Program-made: the position numbers and the translations under genes | Assembly: GCA_030528385.1 (NCBI GenBank) | Contig: JAUMYZ010000001.1 | Coordinates: 174,382 to 238,381 of the forward strand | Reading direction: 5' to 3' | Length of the DNA stretch: 64,000 nt | Source: Moraxella sp. | GTDB lineage: Bacteria > Pseudomonadota > Gammaproteobacteria > Pseudomonadales > Moraxellaceae | Shown here: piece by piece, positions 17,322 to 27,882 of the stretch | Layout of the letters: each line of letters starts with the position of its first letter | How positions within the stretch are numbered: the first letter of the stretch is position 1 | The notes under the pieces: generated by a model | Told to the model about the DNA's origin: nothing | Databases searched by the model: none | Seen by the model: the letters and a program-made list of their open reading frames with translations, nothing else

Positions 17322-18742
17322 GTGTGGCACAAACCAACATGATGAGCGTGGCAGAGCAGATACAAGCACGCAAAAATGGACTTGCCCCCAGTCAGCTAAA
17401 CCGCCAACGCATTCCCATTTATGGGGTGGGGCTGGCAGATGGGCAAGCCCCCACGAGTCTCACGCACCCTTTGACATGGCGACTGTATCATCATGACGCC
17501 CTGCTCAAACTTGCCGATTATGAAGCCTTGGACGGTTTTCAAGGCTTAAAAAATGCCCTAGCCAAAACCCCCCAAGAAGTTGGCGAGATGATAAAAACCG
17601 CCAATGTGCGGGGACGTGGTGGGGCAGGCTTTAACGCGGGGCTAAAATGGACCTTTATGACGCCCCCTGATGGCGGTGTGCGTTATCTGATTTGCAATGC
17701 CGATGAGATGGAACCGGGCACCTTTAAAGACCGTCTTTTGATGGAGCGGATTCCTTTTCAGCTCATTGAAGGCATGCTCATCACTGCCTATGCCATCGGG
17801 GCAAGCGTTGGTTACATCTTTATTCGTGGTGAGTATATTTTGGCGGCACAGCGTCTGCAAAACGCCATTGATGACTGTTTGGCAAATGGACTGCTTGGCG
17901 ATAAAATCTTAGGCACGGATTTTAGTTTTGAACTCCACGTCCACACAGGGGCAGGGCGATATATTTGCGGTGAAGAGACGGCACTGATTAACTGCCTAGA
18001 AGGCAGGCGAGCCAACCCACGCACCAAACCGCCTTTTCCGCAAGTGTCAGGGGCGTGGGGTCGTCCCACGGTGGTCAATAACGTAGAAACGCTCAATAAT
18101 ATGCCTGCCATCATGCTAAACGGCGTGGACTGGTATCTAGATTTACCCAAGGCAAAAGGCAAAAGCCAAACCCCCGGTACCAAAATCATGGGTGTGTCAG
18201 GGCGTGTCAAAGACGCAGGACTGTGGGAAGTGCCCTTTGGCTATACTGCTCGTGAGCTGATTGAGCTGGCAGGCGGTATGCAAGACGGACTTAAATTAAA
18301 AGCGTGGCTACCAGGGGGCGCAAGTACCGACTTTTTGACCGCCAGCGATGAGCATTTGGACACGGTCATGGATTTTGACCCCATCATGAAAGCGGGCAGT
18401 CGCTTGGGGACGTGCTTGATGATGGTGGTGGACGAAAGCCAAGACATGGTAAGCCTATCCAAAAACTTACAAAAGTTTTTTCAGCGTGAAAGCTGCGGCT
18501 GGTGTACGCCGTGCCGTGATGGACTGCCATGGGGGGTGAAAATCTTGGACGCCATAGATAACGGACAAGGACAAGACGGCGACATTGACAAGCTGTCCGA
18601 GCTGACAAAAGATTTGTGGATTGGCAAAACCTTTTGTGCTCATGCCCCAGGGGCGATGGAGCCACTCATGAGTGCTTTAAAGTATTTTCGTCATGAATTT
18701 GAAGCCAAAATTGACAACCGTCAAGACAGTATAGGGGAATAA
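17318..18742 (+). CDS. nuoF: NADH-quinone oxidoreductase subunit F
   Basis: NADH/FMN-binding glycine-rich motifs (GRGGAGF, GAGRYICGEETAL) and the 4Fe-4S ligands (ESCGWCTPCRDG). Confidence 0.95.
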   Translation: MSVAQTNMMSVAEQIQARKNGLAPSQLNRQRIPIYGVGLADGQAPTSLTHPLTWRLYHHDALLKLADYEALDGFQGLKNALAKTPQEVGEMIKTANVRGRGGAGFNAGLKWTFMTPPDGGVRYLICNADEMEPGTFKDRLLMERIPFQLIEGMLITAYAIGASVGYIFIRGEYILAAQRLQNAIDDCLANGLLGDKILGTDFSFELHVHTGAGRYICGEETALINCLEGRRANPRTKPPFPQVSGAWGRPTVVNNVETLNNMPAIMLNGVDWYLDLPKAKGKSQTPGTKIMGVSGRVKDAGLWEVPFGYTARELIELAGGMQDGLKLKAWLPGGASTDFLTASDEHLDTVMDFDPIMKAGSRLGTCLMMVVDESQDMVSLSKNLQKFFQRESCGWCTPCRDGLPWGVKILDAIDNGQGQDGDIDKLSELTKDLWIGKTFCAHAPGAMEPLMSALKYFRHEFEAKIDNRQDSIGE

Positions 18743-18743
18743 C

Positions 18744-21700
18744 ATGGCAATCATTCATATAGATGGTAAAGCCCTAGAAGTGGACGGCAGCGATAATCTG
18801 TTGCAAGCCTGTTTGTCGCTGGGGATTGACATTCCGTATTTTTGTTATCACCCTGCATTGGGTTCGGTGGGGTCGTGCCGTCAATGTGCGGTCAAACAGT
18901 ACATGAGCGAAGACGACTATAAGGCAGGGCGTGGGCGGTTGGTGATGAGCTGTATGGTTGCCCCAACCAATAACATGTACATTTCGGTGGACGATGACGA
19001 AGCCAAAACCTTTCGTAAGCGTATCGTTGAATATTTGATGACCAACCATCCCCACGATTGCCCCACCTGTGAAGAAGGCGGGCATTGTCATCTGCAAGAC
19101 ATGACTTATATGTCAGGGCATCGCGCTCGCCGTTATCGTTTCACCAAACGCACCCACCACAACCAAGATTTGGGCGTGTTTATCAATCATGAGATGAACC
19201 GCTGTATCGCTTGTTATCGCTGTGTACGCTTTTATAAAGACTACGCAGGGGGCACAGACTTTGGCGTCTATGCGTCCAATAATCGTGTGTATTTTGGGCG
19301 TGATGAAGAAGGGCAATTTGACAGTGAGTTCAGTGGCAACTTGACCGAAGTGTGTCCTACGGGCGTGTTTACCGACAAAACCCACTCCGACCGCTACAAC
19401 CGCAAATGGGACATGCAGTACGCCCCAAGCATTTGTCATGGCTGTTCCACAGGCTGTAATATCTCCGCAGGCGAGCGTTATGGTGAGTTACGCCGCATTG
19501 AAAACCGCTACAATCATGACGTCAATGGCTACTTTTTGTGCGACAAAGGACGCTTTGGTTATGGCTATGTCAATCGTGCTGACCGTCCCACCCAGCCACT
19601 TGAAAACGTGAACGGACAATTTATCAAAGTCAATGCCGACTTTGCCTTAGATGGCGTGGCACATTTGCTGCGTGGCAAAAAACTGATTGGCATTGGCTCA
19701 CCTGTGGCAAGTTTGGAGAGCAACTTTGCCCTAAAAAAACTGGTGGGAGCGACGCGTTATAGCACAGGCGAGCGAGCACTGGTGCGTGATTTGGTGAGTC
19801 TTGGCGTGGAAATTTTGCGTCATGGCGATGTCCACAACGTTTCTATGGCACAGATTGAGACGGCAGACTGTGTGTTGGTGCTGGGTGAAGATTTGACCCA
19901 AACCGCCAGCCGTGTTGCCTTGTCGGTGCGTCAAGCCGCCAAAAACAAAGCCCGCCAAATGGCAACGGCGTTGCGTACCGAGCATTGGTTGGCCGAGCCT
20001 GTCAAACGTATCGGACAAGAAAGTTATAGCCCCATTTATGTGGCAGGCGTAACAAACAGCAAGCTTGATGACATTGCCAAAGTGTCTGTGGTTGCCACGC
20101 CCAATGACATTGCACGGCTGGGCTTTATGGTGGGCGATGTCATCAAGGACTTTGCTGACACCTTAAGCAAGATTGACGAACAAGAAACGGCGTTTTTTGC
20201 CAAAGAAAGTGAGTTTGTGGTGGACGATGACACCAGCATGACCGCCCTTGCTCATCATATTGCTTATGATTTAATCATGGCAAACCGCCCCTTGGTGGTC
20301 AGTGGCACCAGCTTGTCATCTAAGGCGATTTTGCAAGCAACCGCTTATATTGCCCAAACCTTGACCATAAAACGCCAACAAATCGCCCATGTAGAGCGTG
20401 AATTTGTAGAAGTGCAAAACGCCAAAATCCGTGATGAAGTTGAGCGTCAATTTGTGGACATGGACAAATCCGCCAAAACAGATGGCAATCATCACACCGA
20501 ACGCAATCCTGCCGATTTTGAAAAAGAGCTTGGTTCACGCCTGCTAAAAATCAACACCCAATACGCCGACAAAGCAGGCGTCTATGTCGTCATGCCCAGT
20601 GCCAACAGCGTGGGGCTAGATTTGCTTGGTGGGCAGTCGCTAGAAGAGCTATTGACCAAAGAGTTTGACGCGGTGGTGGTGCTAGAGCATGATTTGTCCA
20701 ATCTCACCCCAAGCCAGTTTGAGCAAATCGCCGCCAAAACTTTGATTGTGCTAGACCATCAACGCTATGATTGGCATGACAAAGCGGACTTTGTGCTGTC
20801 GGTGGGCTCATTTGCCGAAAGCGATGGCACGCTCATTTCTGCCGAAGGGCGAGCGGGTCGCTTTTTTGCCGCTTATGACAAAAAATATTATGAGCCAATG
20901 AGCGACATCAAAGACGCTTGGCGGTGGCTGCACGCCCTTGACAATGCCCTTGGCACAACTGCCAAGCCAACTTGGTATCATCTGGACGATGTGCTTTTTG
21001 CGTTGGTGGCGGATTGTCCTGAGTTGGCATTGGTGCGTGATGTTGCCCCGCACTCAGATTATCGTATCACAGGATTAAAGGTCGCTCGTGAGCCACGCCG
21101 TTATTCAGGGCGTACGGTGCTACGCTCACCCATTTCCATTCACGAACCCATGCAGCCCAAGGATTTGGACAGTGGTTTGACTTTTTCTATGGAAGGCTAT
21201 GTGGGCGACAAAACCCACGCCAGCATGATTCCCTTTGCGTGGAGTGCAGGCTGGAACTCACCGCAGGCATGGAACAAACTACAAGACAAAGTCGGTGGCA
21301 AGCTAAAAGGCGGTGATGTGGGCATACGCTTGTTTGACCATTTGCCAAAAAATGACAGGGTGTTTGACAAACAGACGGTCAATGCCAACTTGCCCAGCAG
21401 TATCTTTGATGGGCGGGCGGTGCTGGTGCCAATATACAACCTGTTTAGCTCAAATGCTTTGATAAGTCGCAGTCAAGTGGTGGCAAGCCAAATCAAACCA
21501 GCAACATGGACAATCAGCACAGACGATGCCAACAAGTGGTTGCTTAAAGACGGCGACAAACTCACCCTTAGCCAGCATGGCATAAGCGTTACTTTGCCTG
21601 TGCAGGTGGTGGATTATGTGGCGGACGGCTGTATTGGCTATCCTGTGGGGCTGGTGCCCTTTGATGTGCATGTGCCTACCGCCGTCAAAAAAGTAGATGG

Positions 21701-21839
21701 CGACACGCCTGTGTTTGTGCCTGCCTATCAGCAGAGTATCAAGGCACTTGCCAATGTGTCAAAGCAGACGATATTTAGTCCAAAAGCTGGCTTTAATAAT
21801 GTGCCATTTAATCAAAATCATCAAGAAGTGGGGGCGTAA
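18744..21839 (+). CDS. nuoG: NADH-quinone oxidoreductase subunit G (1031 aa)
   Basis: N-terminal 2Fe-2S (CYHPALGSVGSCRQC), 4Fe-4S clusters (HDCPTCEEGGHCHLQD; CIACYRCVRF) and a molybdopterin-oxidoreductase-like C-terminal domain. It is longer than E. coli NuoG (908 aa). Confidence 0.95.
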   Translation: MAIIHIDGKALEVDGSDNLLQACLSLGIDIPYFCYHPALGSVGSCRQCAVKQYMSEDDYKAGRGRLVMSCMVAPTNNMYISVDDDEAKTFRKRIVEYLMTNHPHDCPTCEEGGHCHLQDMTYMSGHRARRYRFTKRTHHNQDLGVFINHEMNRCIACYRCVRFYKDYAGGTDFGVYASNNRVYFGRDEEGQFDSEFSGNLTEVCPTGVFTDKTHSDRYNRKWDMQYAPSICHGCSTGCNISAGERYGELRRIENRYNHDVNGYFLCDKGRFGYGYVNRADRPTQPLENVNGQFIKVNADFALDGVAHLLRGKKLIGIGSPVASLESNFALKKLVGATRYSTGERALVRDLVSLGVEILRHGDVHNVSMAQIETADCVLVLGEDLTQTASRVALSVRQAAKNKARQMATALRTEHWLAEPVKRIGQESYSPIYVAGVTNSKLDDIAKVSVVATPNDIARLGFMVGDVIKDFADTLSKIDEQETAFFAKESEFVVDDDTSMTALAHHIAYDLIMANRPLVVSGTSLSSKAILQATAYIAQTLTIKRQQIAHVEREFVEVQNAKIRDEVERQFVDMDKSAKTDGNHHTERNPADFEKELGSRLLKINTQYADKAGVYVVMPSANSVGLDLLGGQSLEELLTKEFDAVVVLEHDLSNLTPSQFEQIAAKTLIVLDHQRYDWHDKADFVLSVGSFAESDGTLISAEGRAGRFFAAYDKKYYEPMSDIKDAWRWLHALDNALGTTAKPTWYHLDDVLFALVADCPELALVRDVAPHSDYRITGLKVAREPRRYSGRTVLRSPISIHEPMQPKDLDSGLTFSMEGYVGDKTHASMIPFAWSAGWNSPQAWNKLQDKVGGKLKGGDVGIRLFDHLPKNDRVFDKQTVNANLPSSIFDGRAVLVPIYNLFSSNALISRSQVVASQIKPATWTISTDDANKWLLKDGDKLTLSQHGISVTLPVQVVDYVADGCIGYPVGLVPFDVHVPTAVKKVDGDTPVFVPAYQQSIKALANVSKQTIFSPKAGFNNVPFNQNHQEVGA

Positions 21840-22868
21840 ATGAGTATTCGTATCATTCCTGATGTGCCGTCCTTTTTGAGCGGATTGTCTTTTGAGTGGT
21901 GGTCTGTCATTTTTATGACGGTGCAAACTTTGCTGATATTTTTGGGACTGGTCATCACGGCAGCTTTGATGATTGTCTATGAACGGCGAATGCTGGCACT
22001 GTGGCAAGACCGCTATGGCCCTAATCGTGTGGGTTGGCAAGGCTCATTGCAGTTGGTCGCCGACATGCTCAAAATCTTTTTTAAAGAAGATTGGACACCC
22101 AACTTTGCCGACAAACGCTTATTTACGCTTGCCCCTACCATTGCTATGTTTACCGCATTGGCAAGTTTTGCCATCATTCCTTTATCCCCCACGCTGGGGG
22201 CGGCAGATTGGGACATTGGTATTTTGTTCTTTTTTGCCATGGCAGGTCTGGCAGTCTATGCGGTGATGTTTGGTGGCTGGGCGTCTGCCAACAAATTTAG
22301 CTTGCTGGGTGGACTGCGTAGTGCCGCCCAAACCATCAGCTATGAAGTGTTTTTGGGTTTATCCTTGATGGGTGTGGTGGCGATGGCAGGCTCGTTTAAT
22401 TTGCGTGAGATTGTAGAAGCCCAAAGCCAAGTTTGGAACGTCATACCGCAGTTTTTTGGCTTTTTGTGCTTTGTGGTGGCAGGCGTGGCAGTAACGCACA
22501 GACACCCTTTTGACCAGCCCGAAGCCGAGCAGGAGCTTGCCGAAGGCTATCATGTGGAATACTCTGGCATGAAATTTGGTATGTTTTTTATCGGTGAGTA
22601 TGTCAATGTGGTGGTGATTAGTGCCCTGATGACTTGCCTATTTTTTGGTGGCTGGCTTGCCCCGTTTAACCTAGGCATTCCCTTTGTGCCACCTGTGTTT
22701 TGGTTTTTGATTAAGACCTTGTTTTTTATGACTTTGTTTGTGCTGGCTCGTGGTTCGCTCATGCGTCCACGTTATGACCAAGTGATGAATTTTGGTTGGA
22801 AAGTGTGTTTGCCAGTAACGCTCATCAACTTGCTTGCCACAGCAGCGATAATTTTGGCGGTGCAATAA
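21840..22868 (+). CDS. nuoH: NADH-quinone oxidoreductase subunit H
   Basis: Polytopic membrane protein with the conserved NuoH/ND1 motifs ([26 protein letters not shown]). Confidence 0.95.
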   Translation: MSIRIIPDVPSFLSGLSFEWWSVIFMTVQTLLIFLGLVITAALMIVYERRMLALWQDRYGPNRVGWQGSLQLVADMLKIFFKEDWTPNFADKRLFTLAPTIAMFTALASFAIIPLSPTLGAADWDIGILFFFAMAGLAVYAVMFGGWASANKFSLLGGLRSAAQTISYEVFLGLSLMGVVAMAGSFNLREIVEAQSQVWNVIPQFFGFLCFVVAGVAVTHRHPFDQPEAEQELAEGYHVEYSGMKFGMFFIGEYVNVVVISALMTCLFFGGWLAPFNLGIPFVPPVFWFLIKTLFFMTLFVLARGSLMRPRYDQVMNFGWKVCLPVTLINLLATAAIILAVQ

Positions 22869-22877
22869 GGAGAGATT

Positions 22878-23426
22878 ATGTTTGCCACATTAAAAAACAC
22901 CGCAATCGGCATTTTTACCACCGTACGTTCCATGTGGATGGTGAATTCACATGCCGTGCGTCCTAGGGACACCATTTTATACCCCGAACAGCCTGTGCCT
23001 GTGCCACCACGTTTTCGTGGACGCATTGTATTGACTCGCGACCCTGACGGCGATGAACGCTGTGTGGCGTGCAACCTGTGTGCGGTGGCGTGTCCTGTGG
23101 GCTGTATCAGCCTACAAAAAGCAGAACGTGAAGATGGGCGTTGGTATCCTGAATTTTTCCGCATCAATTTTAGTCGCTGTGTGTTTTGTGGTATGTGCGA
23201 AGAAGCCTGCCCAACCACCGCCATTCAGCTCACGCCTGATTTTGAGATTGGCGAATACAACCGCCAAAATTTGGTTTATGAAAAAGAGCATTTGCTTATC
23301 GCTGGCACAGGCAAATACCCTGAATATAATTATTACAGAGTAACAGGCATGGCAACGGACAATAAGCCCAAAGGCTCACATGAGCGTGAAGCCGAGCCAA
23401 TCAATGTACGGAGTTTGTTGCCATGA
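22878..23426 (+). CDS. nuoI: NADH-quinone oxidoreductase subunit I
   Basis: Two CxxCxxCxxxCP ferredoxin motifs ([12 protein letters not shown]; [12 protein letters not shown]). Confidence 0.95.
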   Translation: MFATLKNTAIGIFTTVRSMWMVNSHAVRPRDTILYPEQPVPVPPRFRGRIVLTRDPDGDERCVACNLCAVACPVGCISLQKAEREDGRWYPEFFRINFSRCVFCGMCEEACPTTAIQLTPDFEIGEYNRQNLVYEKEHLLIAGTGKYPEYNYYRVTGMATDNKPKGSHEREAEPINVRSLLP

Positions 23427-24031
23427 GTTTTTTACAAAATGCGGACGTGGTGGGATTTTATGCTCTTGCCTTTGTGGCGGTGTTGGCAAGTTTGCGAGTG
23501 GTAACGCACGCCAATCCTGTGCACGCCATCTTATCTTTAATCGTGTCGCTGCTGGCGGTGGCGGGGATTTTCTTTATTTTAGGTGCTCCCTTTGCAGGCG
23601 TGTTGGAGATGATTGTTTATGCAGGGGCGATTTTGGTGTTGTTTGTGTTTGTGATTATGATGTTAAACTTAGGCACAGACACCGCCGAAGAAAAGACGTG
23701 GCTCACATCAGGGGCATGGGCAACACCTGTGTGTTTGACCTTAATCATCACAGCGGTGTTGCTTGGCTTTTTGACTCAAGGCGACGCCGTCATGTTGCAA
23801 GACAACACCGTTGGTATCAAAGATGTGGGTGTTAGCTTATTTACCACCTATTTGCTGTTGGTGGAAGTGGCGGCGTTTTTGCTCTTGGGGGCATTGGTGG
23901 CGGCTTATCATTTGGGCAAAAAAGCCTTAGATGACGAAAATGTCAGCCATTATCAAGACCATCATGACACGCCCAACCGCCAACCTGACGCACCAGTGTT
24001 TAGCCAAACGCACAAGGGGGATAAGCGATGA
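23423..24031 (+). CDS. nuoJ: NADH-quinone oxidoreductase subunit J
   Basis: Membrane protein in the canonical operon position. NuoJ/ND6-like TM pattern, with an extended hydrophilic C-terminus. Confidence 0.9.
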   Translation: MSFLQNADVVGFYALAFVAVLASLRVVTHANPVHAILSLIVSLLAVAGIFFILGAPFAGVLEMIVYAGAILVLFVFVIMMLNLGTDTAEEKTWLTSGAWATPVCLTLIITAVLLGFLTQGDAVMLQDNTVGIKDVGVSLFTTYLLLVEVAAFLLLGALVAAYHLGKKALDDENVSHYQDHHDTPNRQPDAPVFSQTHKGDKR

Positions 24032-24360
24032 ACCCATTACAAAACATTGCCACGCTTGGCATTCCCTTACATCACGGATTGATATTGGCGGGGATTTTGT
24101 TCGTCATTGGACTGGCTGGGGTGATGGCACGGCGAAATGTGTTGTTTATGCTGATGAGCCTAGAAATTATGATGAACGCTGCCGCCCTTGCCTTTGTGAT
24201 TGGGGGCAACTTATGGGGCAAGCCAGATGGACAGATTATGTTTATTTTTGTATTGACCTTGGCAGCAGCCGAAGCGGCGATTGGGCTGGCGATATTGTTG
24301 CAATTTTATCACCGCTACAAGAGTCTTGATGTCAATCATGCCAGTAAATTAAAGGGGTAA
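24028..24360 (+). CDS. nuoK: NADH-quinone oxidoreductase subunit K
   Basis: About 100 aa three-TM protein with the conserved [10 protein letters not shown] / [11 protein letters not shown] motifs. Confidence 0.95.
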   Translation: MNPLQNIATLGIPLHHGLILAGILFVIGLAGVMARRNVLFMLMSLEIMMNAAALAFVIGGNLWGKPDGQIMFIFVLTLAAAEAAIGLAILLQFYHRYKSLDVNHASKLKG

Positions 24361-24362
24361 TC

Positions 24363-26213
24363 ATGCTTGCACTCACCATTTTGTTCCCTTTGATTGGGTT
24401 TTTGATATTGGCAATCGGGCGAGACCGTTTGTCTGAAAAACTGGCAAGTATCATTGGCGTGGGGTCAATGGGGTTGTCGGCTCTGTTTGCTTTTGCCACG
24501 ATTTTTGGCTTTTTGGCAAATGCTCAAAAGGCAGTGTCGGTGCATTTGTGGACGTGGCTTCGTGTTGGCGATTTTGCCCCAAATTTTGGGCTGTATCTTG
24601 ATGGCTTGTCAGCGACCATGCTGGGCGTGATTACAGGGGTGGGCTTTTTAATCCATCTGTTTGCCAGTTGGTATATGAAAGGTGAAGCAGGCTTTGCACG
24701 CTTTTTTAGTTATTTAAACCTATTTGTGGCAAGCATGCTTATCCTAGTGCTGGCGGACAATCTGCTTTTGATGTATCTGGGCTGGGAAGGCGTGGGCATT
24801 TGTTCGTATTTGCTGATTGGTTTTTATTATGCCAAGCGTGCCAATGGGCAAGCGGCGATTAAAGCGTTTACCGTAACCCGTGTCGGTGATGTGTTTTTGG
24901 CGATTGGGCTGTTTTTGTTATTTGTGGTGTTTGGCACGCTGGACATGGGCGTCATCAACGACAAAGCAAATGCCACGTTCGCAGTCAATGACCCAACATT
25001 GATGTTGATTGTGGCAATGCTTATCGGTGGGGCGTTTGGCAAATCGGCACAAATTCCGCTACACACTTGGCTGGCGGACGCCATGGCGGGCCCAACGCCT
25101 GTGTCGGCACTGATTCACGCTGCCACGATGGTAACGGCGGGCGTGTATTTGATTGCTCGTATGCACCCTTTGTTTGTACTAACCCCTGACATGCTGCTTT
25201 ATTGGGTGGGCGGCGTTGGTGCCATTTCTATGCTGGTGGCGTCTTTTTGTGCTTTGGCACAGACGGACATCAAGCGTGTCTTGGCGTATTCTACCATGAG
25301 CCAACTGGGCATGATGTTTATGGCACTGGGCGTGGGGGCATGGCAAGTGGCGATTTTTCACTTGATGACCCACGCATTTTTTAAAGCCTTGCTATTTCTA
25401 GCGTCTGGGGCGGTGATTATCTCAACCCACCATGAACAAAACATCTTTAAGATGGGCGGACTGCGTCAAAAAATCCCTTTGGTGTTTTGGTCCTTTGTGG
25501 TTGGTGGTGGGGCACTCGTTGCCTTGCCCTTTATCACGGTGGGTTTTTATTCCAAAGAAGCCATCATTTGGGAAACCTATGCCACAGGGCATATGACGCT
25601 GTTTTGGGCGGGGGTGTTTGGGGCATTTTTGACCGCCGTTTATACTTTCCGTTTGATTTGGCTAACCTTTTTTGGACAAGCCAAAACCCATGCTGATAAA
25701 CTGACGGGTGTCAGTTATGCCCTGCCTTTGGTGGTGCTGTTGGTGCTGTCTACAGGGCTTGGGGCATTAATCTACCCGCCACTGGCAGGCGTGTTGCCCG
25801 AAAGTGTGGGCAGTACCATGACAGAAGGCAAACACACGGCTGAGTTGATTGCTGTGGGGGCGACCGCTTTGGGACTTATCTTTGCCTATGTGCTTTATGT
25901 GGCAAACCAAGGCAGGCTCTTAACCTGCTTTAAACAAAGCTATGTCGGCTCGGCGATTTATTATTGGTGCTATCATGGCTTGGGCTTTGACGCCTTGTAC
26001 GATTGGCTGTTTGTCAAGCCGTTTTTGATGATTTGTAAACTCTTAAAAAATGACCCTGTGGACAAGGTTTGGGGCATTTTGCCTTGCTGTGCGTCTTTGG
26101 GCAATAAATTTTTGGTCAAAACTCAAACAGGGCTTTTGCGTTCTCATGCCGTCAGCTTTGCATTGGGTTTGGCATTGGTCTTGGTATTGGCAATGATGGT
26201 GGTGATAAAATGA
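24363..26213 (+). CDS. nuoL: NADH-quinone oxidoreductase subunit L
   Basis: Antiporter-like subunit (LGWEGVGICSYLLIGF, HAFFKALLFL) with a long C-terminal horizontal-helix region; 616 aa. Confidence 0.95.
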   Translation: MLALTILFPLIGFLILAIGRDRLSEKLASIIGVGSMGLSALFAFATIFGFLANAQKAVSVHLWTWLRVGDFAPNFGLYLDGLSATMLGVITGVGFLIHLFASWYMKGEAGFARFFSYLNLFVASMLILVLADNLLLMYLGWEGVGICSYLLIGFYYAKRANGQAAIKAFTVTRVGDVFLAIGLFLLFVVFGTLDMGVINDKANATFAVNDPTLMLIVAMLIGGAFGKSAQIPLHTWLADAMAGPTPVSALIHAATMVTAGVYLIARMHPLFVLTPDMLLYWVGGVGAISMLVASFCALAQTDIKRVLAYSTMSQLGMMFMALGVGAWQVAIFHLMTHAFFKALLFLASGAVIISTHHEQNIFKMGGLRQKIPLVFWSFVVGGGALVALPFITVGFYSKEAIIWETYATGHMTLFWAGVFGAFLTAVYTFRLIWLTFFGQAKTHADKLTGVSYALPLVVLLVLSTGLGALIYPPLAGVLPESVGSTMTEGKHTAELIAVGATALGLIFAYVLYVANQGRLLTCFKQSYVGSAIYYWCYHGLGFDALYDWLFVKPFLMICKLLKNDPVDKVWGILPCCASLGNKFLVKTQTGLLRSHAVSFALGLALVLVLAMMVVIK

Positions 26214-27880
26214 CAATGGAACAAAATTGGCTGTTGCCGACATTGATTGCCATTCCTTTTGTGGCAGGGTTTTTGTGTTGGTTGATTGAAAAGGCAAACG
26301 ACAAATTGCCACGCTGGATTGCGTTATTTGCCATGATTTTGACCTTTGGGATAAGTCTGCTGTTGTGGCATCAAAGCGATTTTAATCAGCTTGTGGCAAC
26401 AGATGGCATGATGGATAAATCGGCGTTGCCGTGGGTGGCTCAGTTTGGTGTGCCGTGGATTTCGTCTTTGGGGATAAATTTTCATTTGGCGATGGACGGT
26501 TTGTCGCTATTGATGATTGCTTTGACGGCATTTTTGGGTGTCATGGCGGTTGGCTGTTCTTGGGGTGAGATTACTCGCCGTGTGGGATTTTTTCATCTCA
26601 ATCTTTTGTGGTCGCTGGGCGGGGTGATTGGCGTATTTTTGGCGATTGATTTGTTTTTGTTCTTTTTCTTTTGGGAACTGATGTTATTGCCAATTTATTT
26701 TTTGATTGCACTTTGGGGGCATAATGCCACAGGGGGCAAAACCAAAGAATATGCCGCCACCAAATTTTTTATTTATACCCAAGCATCAGGGCTGATTATG
26801 CTCATTGGTATTTTGATGTTGGTGATTGTCCATTTTAGTCAAACTGGGGTGTTGTCCTTTGCTTATCATGATTTGCTTGGTTTAAATCTTGGCAAATGGG
26901 AATATGTGATTATGCTGTGCTTTTTTATTGGTTTTGCGGTCAAATTGCCCGTATTTCCATTGCATGGTTGGCTGCCTGACGCCCATGCCCAAGCACCCAC
27001 CGCAGGTTCGGTGGACTTGGCGGGGATTTTGATTAAGACGGCTGCCTTTGGTTTGCTCAGATTTGTCTTGCCCTTATTTCCTGTTGCTTCTGCCGAGTTT
27101 GCACCTGTGGCGATTGTTTTGGGGACGATTGGGATTTTTTATGGGGCATTTGTCGCCTTTGCCCAAACTGACATCAAGCGACTGCTTGCTTATACCAGCA
27201 TTTCACACATGGGTTTTGTGCTACTGGCGATTTATGCAGGTAATATCGTCTCCTTACAAGGCTTGATGGTACAAATGCTTGCTCATGGTTTGTCCAGTGC
27301 CGCCCTATTCATCATGGCAGGGCAGTTGTATGAACGCTTGCACACACGCGATTTGACGGTCATGGGCGGTATGTGGGGACAATTTAGGTATGTTGCTCCG
27401 CTACTCATGTTCTTTTGTGCCGCTCTTTTGGGTATCCCCAGTACGGGCAATTTTATTGGTGAAATCTTGATTTTGCTGGGTTCGTTTAAGCAATATCCTG
27501 TGATTGTGGTGCTTGCGACGTTTAGTTTGGTGCTTGGTGGGCTGTATGCACTGATTTTGATTTATCAGGCACTGTTTGGCGATAATACTGCCCCACAGCT
27601 GGCAAAGGTTCATGGCGGACGTCTTAGGGATTTGGGCAAACGTGAATTGTCGCTACTTGGTGTGCTTGCGATAGGATTGTTATGGCTTGGCTTGTATCCA
27701 CAGCCTGTGTTGGACAGCTCTAAAAATGCGATGAATTGGATTGCTGGTGCTTATACACACCATGTTCAAGCAGGTGAGACTAAGCACGGTATTCGTTTGA
27801 TTGACGGCAATATGGCGGACTATATGCATCAGCAATCTCATCATCATGACCATCAACACGCAGGCAGTACAGGAGAATAA
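26210..27880 (+). CDS. nuoM: NADH-quinone oxidoreductase subunit M
   Basis: Antiporter-like subunit (FFFFWELMLLPIYFLIALWG; KRLLAYTSISHMGFV). Confidence 0.95.
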   Translation: MTMEQNWLLPTLIAIPFVAGFLCWLIEKANDKLPRWIALFAMILTFGISLLLWHQSDFNQLVATDGMMDKSALPWVAQFGVPWISSLGINFHLAMDGLSLLMIALTAFLGVMAVGCSWGEITRRVGFFHLNLLWSLGGVIGVFLAIDLFLFFFFWELMLLPIYFLIALWGHNATGGKTKEYAATKFFIYTQASGLIMLIGILMLVIVHFSQTGVLSFAYHDLLGLNLGKWEYVIMLCFFIGFAVKLPVFPLHGWLPDAHAQAPTAGSVDLAGILIKTAAFGLLRFVLPLFPVASAEFAPVAIVLGTIGIFYGAFVAFAQTDIKRLLAYTSISHMGFVLLAIYAGNIVSLQGLMVQMLAHGLSSAALFIMAGQLYERLHTRDLTVMGGMWGQFRYVAPLLMFFCAALLGIPSTGNFIGEILILLGSFKQYPVIVVLATFSLVLGGLYALILIYQALFGDNTAPQLAKVHGGRLRDLGKRELSLLGVLAIGLLWLGLYPQPVLDSSKNAMNWIAGAYTHHVQAGETKHGIRLIDGNMADYMHQQSHHHDHQHAGSTGE

Positions 27881-27882
27881 TA